A stretch of DNA of 64,000 bases from Auanema rhodensis (taxonomy: Eukaryota; Animalia; Nematoda), in contig CAXKVF010000072.1 in NCBI GenBank assembly GCA_964057225.1, positions 434,001-498,000 on the forward strand, given 5' to 3'. The position numbers and the translations under genes were made by a program. Shown in pieces: positions 57,842-64,000 of this stretch; the stretch's first letter is position 1; each line of letters begins with the position of its first letter. The notes under the pieces are model-generated. The model ran no database searches. It saw only the letters and a program-made list of their open reading frames with translations, and was not told the origin of the DNA.

Positions 57842-60800
57842 ATGGTTACCATGAACCAATATCAATAAAAATTTGTTTTTAGACTAATATGGACATGGGG
57901 AATCTAATTTTGAAAACCGCATTTCTTTATCTTTCACGTGAAGCGAGTTACATACCAAGTGCACATCACGTGTACATTTAATTAGCATAAATTAAAGTTC
58001 ACGTAAATTTCAAAGTCATGGTTACCATGAACCAATATCAATAAAAATTTGTTTTTAGACTAATATGGACATGGGGAATCTAATTTTGAAAACCGCATCT
58101 CTTTATCTTCCACGTGAAGCGAGTTACATACCAAGTGCACATCACGTGTACATTTAATTAGCATAAATTAAAGTTCACGTAAATTTCAAAGTCATGGTTA
58201 CCATGAACCAATATCAATAAAAATTTGTTTTTAGACTAATATGGACATGGGGAATCTAATTTTGAAAACCGCATTTCTTTATCTTTCACGTGAAGCGAGT
58301 TACATACCAAGTGCACATCACGTGTACATTTAATTAGCATAAATTAAAGTTCACGTAAATTTCAAAGTCATGGTTACCATGAACCAATATCAATAAAAAT
58401 TTGTTTTTAGACTAATATGGACATGGGGAATCAAATTTTGAAAACCGCATCTCTTTATCTTTCACGTGAAGCGAGTTACATACCAAGTGCACATCACGTG
58501 TACATTTAATTAGCATAAATTAAAGTTCACGTAAATTTCAAAGTCATGGTTACCATGAACCAATATCAATAAAAATTTGTTTTTAGACTAATATGGACAT
58601 GGGGAATCTAATTTTGAAAACCGCATCACTTTATCTTTCACGTGAAGCGAGTTACATACCAAGTGCACATCACGTGTACATTTAATTAGCATAAATTAAA
58701 GTTCACGTAAATTTCAAAGTCATGGTTACCATGCACCAATATCAATAAAAATTTGTTTTTAGACTAATATGGACATGGGGAATCTAATGTTGAAAACCGC
58801 ATCTTTTTATCTTTCACGTGAAGCGAGTTACATACCAAGTGCACATCACGTGTACATTTAATTAGCATAAATTAAAGTTCACGTAAATTTCAAAGTCATG
58901 GTTACCATGAACCAATATCAATAAAAATTTGTTTTTAGACTAATATGGACATGGGGAATCTAATTTTGAAAACCGCATCTCTTCATCTTCCACGTGAAGC
59001 GAGTTACATACCAAGTGCACATCACGTGTACATTTAATTAGCATAAATTAAAGTTCACGTAAATTTCAAAGTCATGGTTACCATGAACCAATATCAATAA
59101 AAATTTGTTTTTAGACTAATATGGACATGGGGAATCTAATTTTGAAAACCGCATCTCTTTATCTTCCACGTGAAGCGAGTTACATACCAAGTGCACATCA
59201 CGTGTACATTTAATTAGCATAAATTAAAGTTCACGTAAATTTCAAAGTCATGGTTACCATGAACCAATATCAATAAAAATTTGTTTTTAGACTAATATGG
59301 ACATGGGGAATCAAATTTTGAAAACCGCATCTCTTTATCTTTCACGTGAAGCGAGTTACATACCAAGTGCACATCACGTGTACATTTAATTAGCATAAAT
59401 TAAAGTTCACGTAAATTTCAAAGTCATGGTTACCATGAACCAATATCAATAAAAATTTGTTTTTAGACTAATATGGACATGGGGAATCTAATTTTGAAAA
59501 CCGCATCACTTTATCTTTCACGTGAAGCGAGTTACATACCAAGTGCACATCACGTGTACATTTAATTAGCATAAATTAAAGTTCACGTAAATTTCAAAGT
59601 CATGGTTACCATGCACCAATATCAATAAAAATTTGTTTTTAGACTAATATGGACATGGGGAATCTAATTTTGAAAACCGCATCTCTTTATATTTCACGTG
59701 AAGCGAGTTACATACCAAGTGCACATCACGTGTACATTTAATTAGCATAAATTAAAGTTCACGTAAATTTCAAAGTCATGGTTACCATGAACCAATATCA
59801 ATAAAAATTTGTTTTTAGACTAATATGGACATGGGGAATCTAATTTTGAAAACCGCATCTCTTTATCTTTCACGTGAAGCGAGTTACATACCAAGTGCAC
59901 ATCACGTGTACATTTAATTAGCATAAATTAAAGTTCACGTAAATTTCAAAGTCATGGTTACCATGCACCAATATCAATAAAAATTTGTTTTTAGACTAAT
60001 ATGGACATGGGGAATCTAATTTTGAAAACCGCATCTCTTTATCTTGCACGTGAAGCGAGTTACATACCAAGTGCACATCACGTGTACATTTAATTAGCAT
60101 AAATTAAAGTTCACGTAAATTTCAAAGTCATGGTTACCATGAACCAATATCAATAAAATTTTGTTTTTAGACTAATATGTACATGGGGAATCTAATGTTG
60201 AAAACCGCATCTTTTTATCTTTCACGTGAAGCGAGTTACATACCAAGTGCACATCACGTGTACATTTAATTAGCATAAATTAAAGTTCACGTAAATTTCA
60301 AAGTCATGGTTACCATGAACCAATATCAATAAAAATTTGTTTTTAGACTAATATGGACATGGGGAATCTAATTTTGAAAACCGCATCTCTTCATCTTCCA
60401 CGTGAAGCGAGTTACATACCAAGTGCACATCACGTGTACATTTAATTAGCATAAATTGAAGTTCACGTAAATTTCAAAGTCATAGTTACCATGCACCAAT
60501 ATCAATAAAAATCTGTTTTTAGACTAATATGGACATGGGGAATCTAATTTTGAAAACCGCATCTCTTTATCTTTCACGTGAAGCGAGTTACATATCAAGT
60601 GCACATCACGTGTACATTTAATTAGCATAAATTAAAGTTCACGTAAATTTCAAAGTCATGGTTACCATTAACCAATATCAATAAAAATTTGTTTTTAGAC
60701 TAATATGGACATGGGGAATCTAATTTTGAAAACCGCATCTCTTTATCTTTCACGTGAAGCGAGTTACATACCAAGTGCACATCACGTGTACATTTAATTA

Positions 60801-63800
60801 GCATAAATTAAAGTTCACGTAAATTTCAAAGTCATGGTTACCATGCACCAATATCAATAAAAATTTGTTTTTAGACTAATATGGACATGGGGAATCTAAT
60901 TTTGAAAACCGCATCTCTTTATCTTTCACGTGAAGCGAGTTACATACCAAGTGCACATCACGTGTACATTTAATTAGCATAAATTAAAGTTCACGTAAAT
61001 TTCAAAGTCATGGTTACCATGAACCAATATCAATAAAAATTTGTTTTTAGACTAATATGGACATGGGGAATCTAATTTTGAAAACCGCATCTCTTTATCT
61101 TTCACGTGAAGCGAGTTACATACCAAGTGCACATCACGTGTACATTTAATTAGCATAAATTAAAGTTCACGTAAATTTCAAAGTCATGGTTACCATGCAC
61201 CAATATCAATAAAAATTTGTTTTTAGACTAATATGGACATGGGGAATCTAATGTTGAAAACCGCATCTCTTTATCTTTCACGTGAAGCGAGTTACATACC
61301 AAGTGCACATCACGTGTACATTTAATTAGCATAAATTAAAGTTCACGTAAATTTCAAAGTCATGGTTACCATGCACCAATATCAATAAAAATTTGTTTTT
61401 AGACTAATATGTACATGGGGAATCTAATTTTGAAAACCGCATTTCTTTATCTTTCACGTGAAGCGAGTTACATACCAAGTGCACATCACGTGTACATTTA
61501 ATTAGCATAAATTGAAGTTCACGTAAATTTCAAAGTCATAGTTACCATGCACCAATATCAATAAAAATCTGTTTTTAGACTAATATGGACATGGGGAATC
61601 TAATTTTGAAAACCGCATCTCTTTATCTTTCACGTGAAGCGAGTTACATATCAAGTGCACATCACGTGTACATTTAATTAGCATAAATTAAAGTTCACGT
61701 AAATTTCAAAGTCATGGTTACCATTAACCAATATCAATAAAAATTTTTTTTTAGACTAATATGGACATGGGGAATCTAATTTTGAAAACCGCATCTCTTT
61801 ATCTTTCACGTGAAGCGAGTTACATACCAAGTGCACATCACGTGTACATTTAATTAGCATAAATTAAAGTTCACGTAAATTTCAAAGTCATGGTTACCAT
61901 GCACCAATATCAATAAAAATTTGTTTTTAGACTAATATGGACATGGGGAATCTAATTTTGAAAACCGCATCTCTTTATCTTTCACGTGAAGCGAGTTACA
62001 TACCAAGTGCACATCACGTGTACATTTAATTAGCATAAATTAAAGTTCACGTAAATTTCAAAGTCATGGTTACCATGAACCAATATCAATAAAAATTTGT
62101 TTTTAGACTAATATGGACATGGGGAATCTAATTTTGAAAACCGCATCTCTTTATCTTTCACGTGAAGCGAGTTACATACCAAGTGCACATCACGTGTACA
62201 TTTAATTAGCATAAATTAAAGTTCACGTAAATTTCAAAGTCATGGTTACCATGCACCAAAATCAATAAAAATTTGTTTTTAGACTAATATGGACATGGGG
62301 AATCTAATTTTGAAAACCGCATCTCTTTATCTTCCACGTGAAGCGAGTTACATACCAAGTGCACATCACGTGTACATTTAATTAGCATAAATTAAAGTTC
62401 ACGTAAATTTCAAAGTCATGGTTACCATGCACCAATATCAATAAAAATTTGTTTTTAGACTAATATGGACATGGGGAATCTAATTTTGAAAACCGCATCT
62501 CTTTATCTTTCACGTGAAGCGAGTTACATACCAAGTGCACATCACGTGCACATTTAATTAGCATAAATTAAAGTTCACGTAAATTTCAAAGTCATGGTTA
62601 CCATGCACCAATATCAATAAAAATTTGTTTTTAGACTAATATGGACATGGGGAATCTAATGTTGAAAACCGCATCTCTTCATCTTTCACGTGAAGCGAGT
62701 TACATACCAAGTGCACATCACGTGTACATTTAATTAGCATAAATTAAAGTTCACGTAAATTTCAAAGTCATGGTTACCATGAACCAATATCAATAAAAAT
62801 TTGTTTTTAGACTAATATGTAAATGGGGAATCTAATTTTGAAAACCGCATCTCTTTATCTTTCACGTGAAGCGAGTTACATACCAAGTGCACATCACGTG
62901 TACAATTAATTAGCATAAATTAAAGTTCACGTAAATTTCAAAGTCATGGTTACCATGAACCAATATCAATAAAAATTTGTTTTTAGACTAATATGGACAT
63001 GGGGAATCTAATTTTGAAAACCGCATTTCTTTATCTTTCACGTGAAGCGAGTTACATATCAAGTGCACATCACGTGTACATTTAATTAGCATAAATTAAA
63101 GTTCACGTAAATTTCAAAGTCATGGTTACCATGAACCAATATCAATAAAAATTTGTTTTTAGACTAATATGGACATGGGGAATCAAATTTTGAAAACCGC
63201 ATCTCTTTATCTTTCACGTGAAGCGAGTTACATACCAAGTGCACATCACGTGTACATTTAATTAGCATAAATTAAAGTTCACGTAAATTTCAAAGTCATG
63301 GTTACCATGCACCAATATCAATAAAAATTTGTTTTTAGACTAATATGGACATGGGGAATCTAATTTTGAAAACCGCATCTCTTTATCTTTCACGTGAAGC
63401 GAGTTACATACCAAGTGCACATCACGTGTACATTTAATTAGCATAAATTAAAGTTCACGTAAATTTCAAAGTCATGGTTACCATGAACCAATATCAATAA
63501 AAATTTGTTTTTAGACTAATATGGACATGGGGAATCTAGTTTTGAAAACCGCATCTCTTTATCTTTCACGTGAAGCGAGTTACATACCAAGTGCACATCA
63601 CGTGTACATTTAATTAGCATAAATTAAAGTTCACGTAAATTTCAAAGTCATGGTTACCATGCACCAAAATCAATAAAAATTTGTTTTTAGACTAATATGG
63701 ACATGGGGAATCTAATTTTGAAAACCGCATCTCTTTATCTTCCACGTGAAGCGAGTTACATACCAAGTGCACATCACGTGTACATTTAATTAGCATAAAT

Positions 63801-64000
63801 TAAAGTTCACGTAAATTTCAAAGTCATGGTTACCATGCACCAATATCAATAAAAATTTGTTTTTAGACTAATATGGACATGGGGAATCTAATTTTGAAAA
63901 CCGCATCTCTTTATCTTTCACGTGAAGCGAGTTACATACCAAGTGCACATCACGTGCACATTTAATTAGCATAAATTAAAGTTCACGTAAATTTCAAAGT

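Larger units (their letters stand above)
1..64000. repeat. 176-bp tandem satellite array, 359 monomers, probably centromeric or pericentromeric
   Basis: The unit ATGGTTACCATG(C/A)ACCAATATC...CACGTAAATTTCAAAGTC recurs every 176 bp (starts at 1, 177, 353 ... 35201). All copies are in the same orientation. Register shifts are fully explained by +32 (35.27 kb), -1 (39.53 kb), +392 twice (41.2 and 42.5 kb), +1 (46.64 kb) and +1 (53.33 kb): (64001-817)/176 = 359. The centromeric role is inferred from the nucleosome-sized monomer (compare primate alpha 171 bp, Arabidopsis ~178 bp, Brassica CentBr ~176 bp), not from sequence identity to those families. Confidence 0.99.

Noticed and set aside
1-64000. 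CRISPR-like or other repeat-spacer array
   Set aside because: There are no unique spacers. The units are contiguous near-identical 176-mers, and no cas-like ORFs are present.

Overview
The whole 64-kb window is one head-to-tail, single-orientation array of a 176-bp AT-rich (~32% GC) satellite monomer. There are 359 copies by coordinate arithmetic, and most differ from the consensus at 0-4 positions. The monomer length and homogeneity fit a eukaryotic centromeric or pericentromeric satellite. I cannot name the family or organism from the sequence. There are no credible genes, RNA genes or CRISPR arrays. Only three non-satellite interruptions occur. One is a 32-bp T-rich insertion at 35266-35297. 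The other two are identical copies of a ~386-bp foreign insert (41193-41578 and 42465-42850) with an AAATTA target-site duplication. That insert looks like the 3' end of a 5'-truncated minus-strand retroposed element, later copied by array amplification. Three monomers carry 1-bp indels. Diagnostic SNVs reveal nested block duplications of 5 to 48 monomers and two variant domains meeting near 38-39 kb. The monomer is rich in dyad symmetry and carries phased TCACGT(G) E-box motifs, one matching the yeast CDEI consensus. Several recurrent SNVs perfect its quasi-palindromes. I found no multi-gene novel system. The most interesting signals are the captured insert, the palindrome-perfecting variants and the E-box arrangement.
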